Below, piece after piece: positions 34,107 through 43,787 of a stretch of DNA of 64,000 nt (the stretch's first letter is position 1; each line of letters opens with the position of its first letter). The position numbers were made by a program, and so were the translations under genes. The stretch is from contig JANNXA010000027.1 of the NCBI GenBank assembly GCA_031409275.1, positions 96,001 through 160,000 of the forward strand, read 5' to 3'. The stretch is from Planctomycetota bacterium (lineage in GTDB: Bacteria > Planctomycetota > B15-G4 > SIAN01). The notes beneath the pieces were generated by a model. The model had not been told where the DNA came from and searched no databases. It saw only the letters and a list, made by a program, of their open reading frames with translations.

Positions 34107-34164
34107 CGATCGGCGCGCAGCGGTCGATGACGACGAACGATTCACCGAGGAAGGTGCAAACGCG

Positions 34165-35280
34165 ATGGTGCAGATCAACTTCGCCCGCAAAGAGATCAAC
34201 TGCAAGATCGTCTATTACGGGCCTGGCCTGTCGGGAAAGACGACGAGCCTCGAGGTCGTGCATCAACGCACGCCGCAAGGCCACAAAGGGGAGCTGACGT
34301 CGATCTCCACCGATGGCGATCGGACGCTCTTCTTCGACTTCATGCCGCTCGACCTCGGGACGATCGCCGGGATGAAGGTGAAGTTCCACCTCTACACCGT
34401 GCCCGGACAGGTCTACTACAACTCCACGCGCAAGCTCGTGCTGCTCGGCGCCGACGGAATCATCTTCGTCGCCGACTCGACGCCGGGCCGCATGGAGGAC
34501 AACCAGCAGTCGATGGACAACCTCGCCGAGAACCTCACCGAGATGGGGCGCGAGGTGAACCGGCTGCCGCTGGTGATCCAATGGAACAAGCGGGACCTGC
34601 CCAATCCGGTGCCGCTCGCCGAGCTCGAGGCGAAGCTCAACCCGAACAAGGTGCCGACCTTCGAGACGTCGGCGAAGACGGGTGATGGCGTGTTCCAGGC
34701 CCTGAAGTCGATCTCCGCGCTGGTCCTGGAGGACATCAACTCGAGCGACCGCAAGCAGGCGGGCGGCATCCAGAACAACGCGAAGCGCGCCGGGGCACCG
34801 GCCGTCCAGAGCAAGGCGACGGCGAGCGAGCCGGCCGGCGCTTCGAGCGGCTCGATGCCCGATCGCGATGCCGGCAAGGTGTTGCGCCCGGTTCCGACTC
34901 CGGCGCGCACGGCCGCAGCGGCCGCCGCGACGAGCGGTGCGACCGCGACCGCGACGGCCCAGGGTGGCGCCTCGGCGAAGGCGGTCGCCGCGACCAAGCC
35001 GGCCGCGGCGCCGGCGGCTGGGCCGGCACCACGCACGGCGGAACCTGTCGCTGCGACGGAGCCGCGAGCGGCGTCGCGCGCACCGATGACGGAGTCGAAG
35101 GCGGCGCTGAAGAACGAGATGCAGCAGATGGCGCAGAAGCGGGCCGAGAAGCCCGCGGCGTCAGGGGCCGCGACGCACGCGTCTTCGGGCAACTCGAAGA
35201 TGTTCGCCTTCATGGCGCTCGGGATCCTGGCCGGCGCCGTCGCCGCTGTGGTCGCCGCCAAGTTGCTGCTCGGGTTCTGA
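34165..35280 (+). CDS. mglA: MglA-family small GTPase with Ala/Pro-rich linker and C-terminal TM helix
   Basis: INFARKEINCKIVYYGPGLSGKTT, DRTLFFDF, LYTVPGQVYY, NKRDLP, TSA. Confidence 0.93.
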   Translation: MVQINFARKEINCKIVYYGPGLSGKTTSLEVVHQRTPQGHKGELTSISTDGDRTLFFDFMPLDLGTIAGMKVKFHLYTVPGQVYYNSTRKLVLLGADGIIFVADSTPGRMEDNQQSMDNLAENLTEMGREVNRLPLVIQWNKRDLPNPVPLAELEAKLNPNKVPTFETSAKTGDGVFQALKSISALVLEDINSSDRKQAGGIQNNAKRAGAPAVQSKATASEPAGASSGSMPDRDAGKVLRPVPTPARTAAAAAATSGATATATAQGGASAKAVAATKPAAAPAAGPAPRTAEPVAATEPRAASRAPMTESKAALKNEMQQMAQKRAEKPAASGAATHASSGNSKMFAFMALGILAGAVAAVVAAKLLLGF

Positions 35281-35338
35281 ACGGTTCCGCGATCCGACTT
35301 GTCGCGTCCGTCGCTCGGACGCATGCACGGAGCATGAA

Positions 35339-35866
35339 ATGTCGAAGGACCAGCAGTTGCGCGACGATCGCTTGGTCTTCTATCGGAACGACCTCGGCCG
35401 CATCGACCGCGTGCTCGAGGAGTTCCTGCGTCTCGCCGGCGCGTCGACCGTGCTGCTGATCGACAAAGAGGGGCACATGATCACGCAAGCCGGCAAGGTG
35501 CCGAGCTTCAACATGGACACGATCAGTGCGCTGGTCGCCGGCTCTTTCAGCGCGACGCGAGAGATGGCTCGCCTGCTCGGCGAGAAGGAGTTCTCGGCGC
35601 TCTATCACCAGGGCGAACGCGACAACATCCAGCTGTCGCTGGTGGGCGATCGGACCATCCTCACGGTGCTCTTCGACGACTCGACCACGCTCGGCATGGT
35701 GCGCCTCTACGTCACCGAAGCGGTGCGCAAGCTCGAGGACCTCTTCGTCGAGATCTGCCGAGGTCGCAGCGACCCCAACGCCCAGGGGCGCGCCGACATG
35801 GACGATCTCGCGAACATCAAGAACTCGGCGAAGGACACGCTCGACGCGCTCTTCGACGGCAACTGA
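35339..35866 (+). CDS. mglB: MglB roadblock protein (GAP for MglA)
   Basis: LLIDKEG..I...G, ISALVAGSFSAT..MARLLGEKEF..LYHQGERDNI, FDD.TTLGMVRL, C-terminal LDALF helix. Confidence 0.92.
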   Translation: MSKDQQLRDDRLVFYRNDLGRIDRVLEEFLRLAGASTVLLIDKEGHMITQAGKVPSFNMDTISALVAGSFSATREMARLLGEKEFSALYHQGERDNIQLSLVGDRTILTVLFDDSTTLGMVRLYVTEAVRKLEDLFVEICRGRSDPNAQGRADMDDLANIKNSAKDTLDALFDGN

Positions 35867-35900
35867 CCGGTCGCGTCAGGCTCCGCGCGCGGCGGTGTCA

Positions 35901-37412
35901 CTACCGCTTCAGTCGCGCGAGGTTGTTGGTCGCGTCCGTCTTCGCGGATTGCGCCATCTCGCGCGTGACCTGCGACGTGAGCGGGTCGGCGATCAGCGCG
36001 TCGGCGGCGGCGATCGCGCGCTCGTACAGCGAGCCGGCCAGAGCGAGGTCCTTCTTCAGGTAGTCCTGCAGGATCAGCGCCGCGTCGTTCAGGAAGCGCG
36101 GCTGCTCCGGGGCGAGCTCGATCAGGTGGGAGTAGGCCTCCCATGACGGCTCGTACTGGCCGGTCTCCCGGCACAGGAAGGCGTAGTTGTTGCAGACGTT
36201 CTGGTCCTCAGGCGCCAACAGCCAGGCGATCCCGAACAGGTCGCGCGCCGAGTCGGCCGCCTTCTTCTTCACTTCCTGATCGGCGAGGAACTGCAGCGCC
36301 GCGGCGACGGTCGCTTGGGTGCCGAGGTGGAGCAGCAGCGCGCGGCCGCCCTCGCGATCGGCGGCGAACGCGGTCTTCCACTCGCGCGCGGCGTCGTCGA
36401 ACTTCTGCGTGCGGAACGCCGCCTCGGCCATCCCGAGCGCGCACGGCAGCACCAGCGATTCGTCGAGCGCGCGCGCCTTCTTGAACAGCGTCGCCGCCGG
36501 CTCCCACTCGCGCGCGAAGAGGCGCGCCTGGCCGACACAGAAGAGCGCGTAACCAGGACGCGGGTCGTTTCCGCTGACGCGCTTCTCGGCGGCCGTGAGC
36601 GCGGCTTCGAGCGTCGCGCGCGCGGCCTGCGCGAGATCGGGCACCTTGAGGTAGGCCAGGACGAGATCGAGCGTCGGCCGATCGAACGGTTCGATCTCGA
36701 AGGCGCCCTTCCACGCCGCGAGCGCTTCCGTCCAGTGCTCGAACGCGTGATGGAGGTCGCCGAGCCGCAGCCGCAGCTCGGCCGATTTCGGGTCGTCGCG
36801 GATCAGCGTTTCGAGCGCGTTCTTGGCCTCTTCGTAGTCGGCGTCGGCGCCCGCCTCGACCTGCTGGCGTGCGACGTGATAGGCGATCTGGCCACTCAGC
36901 GTGCGCTGCCCGGCCCGATCGAGCCCGCGCTGTTCCGCCTGCGCCTTCGCGGCGCGCGCTCCCTCGAAGTCGCGCAGTTCGAGCAGCGCCTCGGCGGCGA
37001 CGACCCATGGCTGCGGATCGGTCGGCGCCAGCGCGGCGGCACGCTCCGCCTGGTTCTGCGCGTCGAGCAGGAAGTAGCGCGTCTCCTCTTCTTCGCCGCG
37101 CCCGATCGCGACGCGCGAGCGCGCACGGCGCAAGAAGGTGCGCGCGAGGCCGAGGCGCAGATCGGCGTCGTTGGCGCCGCGGGCGATCGCGTCGAGGAGC
37201 GCGCTGCAGGCGGCGTCGTCGTTCCCGAGCGCGAGTTCAGCGAGGCCGAGCCCTCCCTGCGCGCGAACGTCGCCCGGCGCCCGTTTCATCTGGTTCTTGA
37301 ACGCCGTCCGCGCGAACGCGGGCTTGCCTTGCTTCAGGTAGTCGAAGCCATCGCCGCGCGCACCGACCTGAGGCGTGGTCAGCAGGGCGATCAGCAGCAC
37401 CGCTGCGGTCAT
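35901..37412 (-). CDS. Exported TPR protein
   Basis: Signal peptide; multiple TPR-like repeats; ATGA overlap with the upstream gene. Confidence 0.8.
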   Translation of the reverse strand: MTAAVLLIALLTTPQVGARGDGFDYLKQGKPAFARTAFKNQMKRAPGDVRAQGGLGLAELALGNDDAACSALLDAIARGANDADLRLGLARTFLRRARSRVAIGRGEEEETRYFLLDAQNQAERAAALAPTDPQPWVVAAEALLELRDFEGARAAKAQAEQRGLDRAGQRTLSGQIAYHVARQQVEAGADADYEEAKNALETLIRDDPKSAELRLRLGDLHHAFEHWTEALAAWKGAFEIEPFDRPTLDLVLAYLKVPDLAQAARATLEAALTAAEKRVSGNDPRPGYALFCVGQARLFAREWEPAATLFKKARALDESLVLPCALGMAEAAFRTQKFDDAAREWKTAFAADREGGRALLLHLGTQATVAAALQFLADQEVKKKAADSARDLFGIAWLLAPEDQNVCNNYAFLCRETGQYEPSWEAYSHLIELAPEQPRFLNDAALILQDYLKKDLALAGSLYERAIAAADALIADPLTSQVTREMAQSAKTDATNNLARLKR

Positions 37413-39127
37413 TCCGCGTCGCCGCCTTCGCCCTCGCTGTCGGCGTCCGCCTCCTCCTCGGAGCTTCCCGCCTCGGCATCGGCGGCGGCCTTCTCCTTCG
37501 CCGCCTTCTCTTCAGCGGCCTTGTCCTGCTCCGCTTGCCACTCGTCCGGGAGCAGCGTCTTCTTCCAGTGGGAGACTTCGCTGCGCTTCGGGAGTTTCTG
37601 CTCGAGTTCGCGCAGGCGCGCGATCGCGAGCTCCTTGCGGCCATCCTGCGAGTACATGTTGATCAGGTTGCCGTAGGCGTCACCGAGGGTGAGTTGGTCA
37701 TCGGCGCGCTCGCTCGTGGTGCGCCCTTCGGCGTGCAGGCCGCGGTCCGCAAGCTCGATGGCGCGGACGAGCCACTCCTCGGCGCGGTCCATGTCGCGCC
37801 CGAGGTGGTACATCAGGATCAGCGCGCCATCGTTCAGGTAGCGCGGGTTCTCCGGTTCGAGCGCGAGGGCTCGGCGATAGGCCTGGAAGCTCTCCTCGTA
37901 CTTCTTGCACTCGCGCGCGAAGAAGCCCCAGTTGTTCCAGTTGTCCGCCTTCTCCGGTTCGACCATCGCGCGCTTGCTGGCGAAGGCGCGGATCTCCTCC
38001 CACTGCTCCGGCTTCATCGCTTCGCCGCCGAACTTCTTCCACATCGCATCCTGCAGAACCTGCAGGCAGTCGTGGGCGTCGGCGTGGGTGGAGTCGAGGT
38101 CGAGCGCGCTGAAGATCGCCGCCTCGGCATCGCCGAATTTCTCGGCCAGCGTCAGCGCGCGACCGCGAAACGCACGCAGCGTGGGGAGGTACGCCTGGAC
38201 CGCCTGCGCGAGCGCCGGGTCGCTCTTGGCGGCGGCGCGGAAGTCGGTCTCCGCATGGAGGTAGTCCTCGGCGGCGGCAACGAAGTCCTTGGTCTTGTTG
38301 AAGGCGACGTGGCCCTTGAGCTCGTGCACTCGCGAGCGATACCAGCGGCTGATCGCCGGCTCGTCGACGAGGCCCGTCAGGAAGTCGCTCGCCTCGTCGA
38401 AGAGCAGCGTCTGCGCGATCACCTTCAGGTGCGCCTCGTGGAGCGCGGTGTCGGCGGGGTGCATCTGAAGCGCCTTGCGGTACGCGCGCGCGGCGAGGCG
38501 AGGCTCATCCTTCGCAGCGTGGATCTCCGCCTGGCGCCGGAAGACGTCGACTTGCGCATCCGCGAGACCGCTCGCCCGTTCGAGCGCCGCCTCGGCGTCG
38601 GCGAGTCGCGCCTTCGCGCCGCCTTCATCCTCGTTCTCGAGCGCGAACTCCCGCGCCATCAGGAGCGCATCGGAGAGGTCGAGCAGCAGTTCCGGCGTCG
38701 GTGCGCCGAGCTTCTCGGCGTGATAGAGCGTGTCGATCGCTTCGCTGAACTTCCCGGCGACCACCAGCACGTGGCCGAGGGTCGCCCAGGCGCCGCTGCC
38801 GTGCGGGTCGAGTTCCACCGCGTTGCGGGCCGCCTCCTCTGCGCGCTCGATCGTCGTTTGTGCGCGTTCGCTTCCATCTTCCTCGCCCGACCGCGCCTGC
38901 TGTTGCGCGGTGAGGCAGCGCGCGCGCGCGAGCAGGATCCAGCCACGCGCCTCCTTCGGCTGCTCCTTCAGCGCCTCTTCGAAGAGCGCCGTCGCTTCGT
39001 CGACGCGGCCGGAATGCAGCGCTTCGCGGCCTTTTGCGAGCGCGCGCTCGACGTCGGCGGCCGGAGCCGGGGAGGCCAGTCCGGACAGCAGCAGGGCGCT
39101 GAAAGGGGCGAGGAAAGTGAGGCGCAC
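37409..39127 (-). CDS. Exported TPR protein with acidic tail
   Basis: SD AGGAG, GTG start, signal peptide; repeated A.ELDP/ALDLD/ALALEP TPR turns. Confidence 0.82.
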   Translation of the reverse strand: MRLTFLAPFSALLLSGLASPAPAADVERALAKGREALHSGRVDEATALFEEALKEQPKEARGWILLARARCLTAQQQARSGEEDGSERAQTTIERAEEAARNAVELDPHGSGAWATLGHVLVVAGKFSEAIDTLYHAEKLGAPTPELLLDLSDALLMAREFALENEDEGGAKARLADAEAALERASGLADAQVDVFRRQAEIHAAKDEPRLAARAYRKALQMHPADTALHEAHLKVIAQTLLFDEASDFLTGLVDEPAISRWYRSRVHELKGHVAFNKTKDFVAAAEDYLHAETDFRAAAKSDPALAQAVQAYLPTLRAFRGRALTLAEKFGDAEAAIFSALDLDSTHADAHDCLQVLQDAMWKKFGGEAMKPEQWEEIRAFASKRAMVEPEKADNWNNWGFFARECKKYEESFQAYRRALALEPENPRYLNDGALILMYHLGRDMDRAEEWLVRAIELADRGLHAEGRTTSERADDQLTLGDAYGNLINMYSQDGRKELAIARLRELEQKLPKRSEVSHWKKTLLPDEWQAEQDKAAEEKAAKEKAAADAEAGSSEEEADADSEGEGGDAE

Positions 39128-39314
39128 ACGAGGCTCCTATCAAGCGGTCGAGCGGGTCGAGGTGCTACGGGCGCGTAACGGATGCGGTGTCGTGCCAGGC
39201 GGCGCGCCGGAGGCGATCGCTCGCCGCTCGAATCGTCGCAAACGCAACGCCGCATCGTTGCGGGCAGGGGGACGTGGACTCTAGCCTGCCACACCATCCG
39301 ACGGGGAGAGATGG

Positions 39315-40424
39315 TTGGACGGTGCGGCGAAGGGCGACGCTTCGGCGGCGGCGGCGGGGGCGGCCCTGGTCGCGGCCGGTCCACGCCTCGACCTTGCGGC
39401 GGCACTGGTGCTCTGGCGAGCGGCGGCGAAGCAGGCGGAGATCACCGCGATCGACCTGGCCGCCGTCTCGAGCTTCACGGGCGGCGGGGCCGCGACGTTG
39501 GTGGCACTGGCGCGCGACCGCGGCCTGCGTTTCCTGCACGCGCCCGCCGACCTCAAGCGCTACCTCGCCGAGCTGCCGATCGCCGACTTCCTCGCGGCCG
39601 ACGCGCTCGCGGAGGAGGAGGTCGAGGAAGAGGAACTGCTCGAAACCGCGGGTGGAGGGCTGCTCGAATTCGTCGCGGCGGCCCGTTGGTTCCTGGCGCT
39701 CGCGCTCGAGTTCTTCTACTGGGTCTTCGTGGCGCCATGGCGCGGAGTGCGGCTGCGACTTGGCAAGGCGGTGACGGAGCTGAACCGGATCGGCGTCGAG
39801 GCGATCCCGATCGTGGCGCTGATCGCGGCGCTCATGGGCGTGATCCTCGCACTGAACGCGGCCGGCCAGCTGCGCGCCTACGGGGCGGAGAAGTACACCG
39901 CGAACCTGGTCGGCATCGCGTTGACGCGCGAACTCGGCCCGGTCATCACGGCGATCCTCGTCGCCGGTCGGTCGGGCTCGGCCATTGCGGCCGAGATCGC
40001 GACCATGCAGGTCAGCGAGGAGATCGATGCGCTGCGCGTGATGGGCATCAATCCGCGTGCGTTCCTCCTGGTACCGAAGCTCCTCGCCACGACGATCGCC
40101 CTGCCGGTGCTGGTCATCCTCGCCTCGCTGGTCGGCATCGCCGGCGGCTTCGTCATCGCCGTCTTCGGGCTCGGGTTGCCGTTTTCGGTCTATTGGGAGC
40201 AGTCGGTGGCCGCGCTGCACATGCGCGACCTGCTGCTCGGGATGCTGAAGGCGGTGGTCTTCGGCGCGCTGATCGGGCTCACGGGCTGCACGCTCGGGAT
40301 GCGGGTCAAGGGTGGTGCGACGGGCGTCGGCCGCGTCACGACCAGCGCGGTGGTCGTCTCCTACGTCCTGGTGATCGTCGCCAACGCCTTCTTCACGCTG
40401 CTCTTCTTCCTGGCGGGCTGGTGA
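39315..40424 (+). CDS. mlaE: MlaE-family ABC permease with N-terminal STAS-like domain
   Basis: RELGPVITAILVAGRSGSAIAAEIATMQVSEEIDALRVMGINP; GATGVGR.TT.AVV. Confidence 0.92.
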   Translation: MDGAAKGDASAAAAGAALVAAGPRLDLAAALVLWRAAAKQAEITAIDLAAVSSFTGGGAATLVALARDRGLRFLHAPADLKRYLAELPIADFLAADALAEEEVEEEELLETAGGGLLEFVAAARWFLALALEFFYWVFVAPWRGVRLRLGKAVTELNRIGVEAIPIVALIAALMGVILALNAAGQLRAYGAEKYTANLVGIALTRELGPVITAILVAGRSGSAIAAEIATMQVSEEIDALRVMGINPRAFLLVPKLLATTIALPVLVILASLVGIAGGFVIAVFGLGLPFSVYWEQSVAALHMRDLLLGMLKAVVFGALIGLTGCTLGMRVKGGATGVGRVTTSAVVVSYVLVIVANAFFTLLFFLAGW

Positions 40425-41215
40425 TGGACGACGCGACGATCATCACCGCGCAGGCGCTCTCGTTCGGCTTCGGTGAGCGCACGCTCCTGCACGACATCAC
40501 GTTCAACGTGCGACGTGGCGAGATCCTCACGATCATGGGGCCGAGCGGTTGCGGCAAGACGACGCTCCTGCGGCTGCTGGTGGGGCTGGAGAAGCCGCGC
40601 TCCGGCGAGCTGCACGTGTTGGGCGAGACGATCTCCTCGCTCGACGAGGATCGCGCCGACCGCTTCCGGCGCCGCATCGGCATGTGCTTCCAGTTCGGCG
40701 CGCTGCTCAACTCGCTGACCATCGCGGACAACCTGGCGCTGCCGTTGCGCGAAGGACGCGGCGTGCCGGAACCGGTCGTCTCGATGATCGTGCGCTCGCG
40801 CCTCGCGCAGGTCGGGCTCCTTGGCAACGAGTCGAAGCTGCCGAGCGAACTTTCGGGTGGCATGAAGAAGCGTGCCGGTCTCGCGCGCGCTTTGATGCTC
40901 GATCCGGAACTGCTCTTCTTCGATGAGCCGACCTCAGGGCTCGACCCGGTGACGGCGGCGAGTCTCGATCGGACCATCCTCGACGTGCGCCGGCGCACCG
41001 GCACGACCATGGTGGTGGTGACCCACGACCTGGCGTCGGCCTTCGCGATCTCCGATCGCCTCCTCGTGCTGCTCGACGGCACGCTGCGGGCGCAGGGGAG
41101 CGTGGCCGAGATCCGAGAGTGCCGCGATCCCGACGTCGCGGCGTTCGTCGGGCGGCAGGCGGCGGCGGTCACTACCGGCGGCGGCGATCCATTCGTCGCG
41201 CGCCACTTCGATTGA
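40424..41215 (+). CDS. mlaF: MlaF-family ABC ATPase
   Basis: GPSGCGKT, FQFGAL, PSELSGGMKKRAGLARAL, FFDEPTSGLDP, VTHD. Confidence 0.93.
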   Translation: MDDATIITAQALSFGFGERTLLHDITFNVRRGEILTIMGPSGCGKTTLLRLLVGLEKPRSGELHVLGETISSLDEDRADRFRRRIGMCFQFGALLNSLTIADNLALPLREGRGVPEPVVSMIVRSRLAQVGLLGNESKLPSELSGGMKKRAGLARALMLDPELLFFDEPTSGLDPVTAASLDRTILDVRRRTGTTMVVVTHDLASAFAISDRLLVLLDGTLRAQGSVAEIRECRDPDVAAFVGRQAAAVTTGGGDPFVARHFD

Positions 41216-41227
41216 TCGGGAGGCGCG

Positions 41228-42259
41228 ATGGCGAGCCGCAAAGAGAAGGTGAACGCTGGGTTGTTCGTGCTGATCGGCGTGCTGTTGCTGGCGGCGACGC
41301 TCGGGATCGTCGCGGGCCTGACGCTCGAGCGCGCGGGCGACTCCTACCTGATCAAGATCCCGAAGTCGGTCGGCGCGCTGCGCGAGGGCTCGGCGGTGAA
41401 GTACCTCGGCGTGATGGTCGGGCGGGTGAAGGAGGTCGATTTCCCTTCGGATGACCTCGAGTCGGTGCGAGTCCTCGTCGAGATCACGCGTCCTTCGACG
41501 CCGATGCGCGAGAGCACCTTCGCGACGCTCTCCAGCAACTTCCTCACCGGGGAGACGTCGATCGAGCTGCAGGGCGGCGCCAACGACGACAAGCGCCTGA
41601 TGCCCGGCTCGATCCTGGCGTGGCGACCGACGACGTTGATGCGCCTCGAGGATTCGCTGCCGAGCGTGCTCGACGAGCTGAAGCGTGCGGTGGCCAACTT
41701 GAACGAGCTGCTCGGGCCGAAGAACCAGGAGCGCGTCGCGCAACTCGTCGACGACACGGGGGCGCTGGCCCGCGAGGCGCGCGCGTCGCTCGAACCGTTG
41801 GTGAACGAGGCGCACGCGATCCGCGTGGCGCTGGCTACTGCGAGCGAGCGGATCGCCGATTCGACGGCAGGGCTGCGCACCGAAGTGACGGCGAGCGTGC
41901 GCAGCGGCGTGGCCGACCTGAAGGATGCGGCGAAGTCGATCGACGCGGTGGCGAAGCGGCTCGAGGCGATCGTCGCGTCGCTCGGTCCGGCGGCGGAAGA
42001 GGTGCCGGAGACGATGACGGCGTTGCGCGAGACGTCGCAGCGGATGGCGGCGCTGGTCGCGGCCGTCGATGGGTTGGTGGCGGACAATCGTGAGGGGACG
42101 CGCGCCGCCGTCACTGCAATCGCGCAAGCGGCCGCGGCGCTCGCGTCGTTGCTCGAGCAGCTCGACGAGAATCCCTCGGAGCTGATCTTCTCCGACCCGC
42201 CAGACGAACACGTGCGCGGCGCGGGCGGCGGCGGCAAGCCAGGGCAGGGAGCGAAGTGA
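41228..42259 (+). CDS. mlaD: MlaD/MCE-family protein with long helical tail
   Basis: N-terminal TM; SVGALREGSAVKYLGV.VGRV; C-terminal L.ENPSELIF. Confidence 0.88.
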   Translation: MASRKEKVNAGLFVLIGVLLLAATLGIVAGLTLERAGDSYLIKIPKSVGALREGSAVKYLGVMVGRVKEVDFPSDDLESVRVLVEITRPSTPMRESTFATLSSNFLTGETSIELQGGANDDKRLMPGSILAWRPTTLMRLEDSLPSVLDELKRAVANLNELLGPKNQERVAQLVDDTGALAREARASLEPLVNEAHAIRVALATASERIADSTAGLRTEVTASVRSGVADLKDAAKSIDAVAKRLEAIVASLGPAAEEVPETMTALRETSQRMAALVAAVDGLVADNREGTRAAVTAIAQAAAALASLLEQLDENPSELIFSDPPDEHVRGAGGGGKPGQGAK

Positions 42260-42891
42260 TGAAACGGATCGGTTCGTTCACGCGGGCACGGGCGCTGGCG
42301 CTGGTCGCGTGCCTGACGGGTTGCCGCAACTCCGCGCCGCCGGTCGAGGAGTTCATGCTCGCGCCGCTGCCGATGGCGTCGCCGCGGATGGCGCCCGCTT
42401 CCGCCGAGGCGTTGCGATTGCCGCTCTTGCGCGTGCGGCCGCTGGTGGCGCGCGGTTTCCTCGATCGGCGCGAACTGGCGTGGCGAGAAGGGGAGGTGCG
42501 CGCCGGTCCCTATCACTATCGACGCTGGAGCGAGCCCCCCGCGGAGGCGGTGACGCGGGCGCTGATCGACGCGCTGCGTGCACGCGGGTGCTTCGAACAG
42601 GTCGATGGCAGTGCGCTCGGTGGCGAGCCCTTTGTCCTCAGCGGTGAACTGATCGGATTGCACGAGTCGAGCGATGCCGACGGGAGCCATCCGCGCGGCG
42701 TCGCGGCGCTCGAGTTGCGTCTCGAAGGGACGACGAAGGACGGCGTGCGCCCGATCTTCACGGCGACGCGGCAGGTGGCCGCCGCGGACGGCTCGATGGA
42801 GGCGCTAGTCGTCGCGATCAGCGCCGCGCTCGCCGAGGTCTTGGCCGAACTCGTGCCTCAGATCGAGGCGGCCGTGCAGGCGCGCGCGTAG
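42256..42891 (+). CDS. PqiC-like ABC transport auxiliary lipoprotein
   Basis: Lipobox LTGC; YHYRRWSEPP; position after the MCE gene. Confidence 0.8.
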   Translation: MMKRIGSFTRARALALVACLTGCRNSAPPVEEFMLAPLPMASPRMAPASAEALRLPLLRVRPLVARGFLDRRELAWREGEVRAGPYHYRRWSEPPAEAVTRALIDALRARGCFEQVDGSALGGEPFVLSGELIGLHESSDADGSHPRGVAALELRLEGTTKDGVRPIFTATRQVAAADGSMEALVVAISAALAEVLAELVPQIEAAVQARA

Positions 42892-43670
42892 CCGCCCGGC
42901 ACGCCACAGTCGAACAGTTCGCCGTCGCGCAGCACGACGCCGCCGAGTCGCCCTTCGGTCGCGAGCGCCATCAGGATCGGCGTGTCATCGAGCTCGCCGG
43001 CGGTCACGGTGGCGCGCAGCGCGGCGATGCGCGCGAACAGGTCGCTCGACCAGAGCACCAACGGGAAGCCCTTGAGGAAGGTCGGGCCGGCCGGCGGCGG
43101 CGCCGCGCCCTTCGCGAAGACGCGTTCGATGGAGATCGGGGCAGCGGGTCGGTCGCTGCGCGGAGCTCGCCACTCGATGAAGCCGGCGGCGCCGACGAGC
43201 CGCGGGTCGAACCGCGCGGTCGCATGCTCGACCAACGCCGCGAGCGTTCGCGTGGGCTCCGTCGCGTGGCCGGCGAGCAGCTGCTCCGTCGCGGATCGTC
43301 TGCCGAGCCAGAGGTTGTCAGGGAGCCAGCACAAGAGCGGCGCATTCGCTGCGAACGGCTCGGCCAGCGCGAGCGCGTCGGCGAGGCCGCGTGGCTCCGG
43401 CTGGACGGCGTATTCGAGTCTGATGCCAGCGCAGCTCGAGCCGAGCGTCGCCGCGATCTCCGGCTTCCCGGGACTCACGATCAGCAGCGCCTCTTCGATT
43501 CCGCCGGCGGCGAGGTCGGCCAGCGCATGCGCGAGCAGCGATCGCCCGCCGACGGGCAGTAGCTCCTTCGGGCGGGCGCCAGCGATGGTCCGCATGCGAG
43601 TCCCGCGGCCTGCGGCGGGGATCACCGCCCGCCGGATCGGTACCGCCGAATCGCGGGAAGCTTCCTCCAC
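42858..43670 (-). CDS. Sugar-phosphate nucleotidyltransferase (GalU/RmlA-like)
   Basis: AVIPAAGRGTRM, PKELLPVGGR, VSPGK, VQPEPRGLADAL, FDCG; start 43670 or 43691. Confidence 0.85.
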   Translation of the reverse strand: MEEASRDSAVPIRRAVIPAAGRGTRMRTIAGARPKELLPVGGRSLLAHALADLAAGGIEEALLIVSPGKPEIAATLGSSCAGIRLEYAVQPEPRGLADALALAEPFAANAPLLCWLPDNLWLGRRSATEQLLAGHATEPTRTLAALVEHATARFDPRLVGAAGFIEWRAPRSDRPAAPISIERVFAKGAAPPPAGPTFLKGFPLVLWSSDLFARIAALRATVTAGELDDTPILMALATEGRLGGVVLRDGELFDCGVPGGYARACTAASI

Positions 43671-43787
43671 GCCGTCCCTCCAAGAAGCCACGTTGCATCG
43701 CCGGGCTGTTCGCTGGCGTTGCCGCGCGTGCGTGATGCCGATACGATCGGCGCGCTCAACTTCAAGCAGGATAAGGACTTTCGTTCG

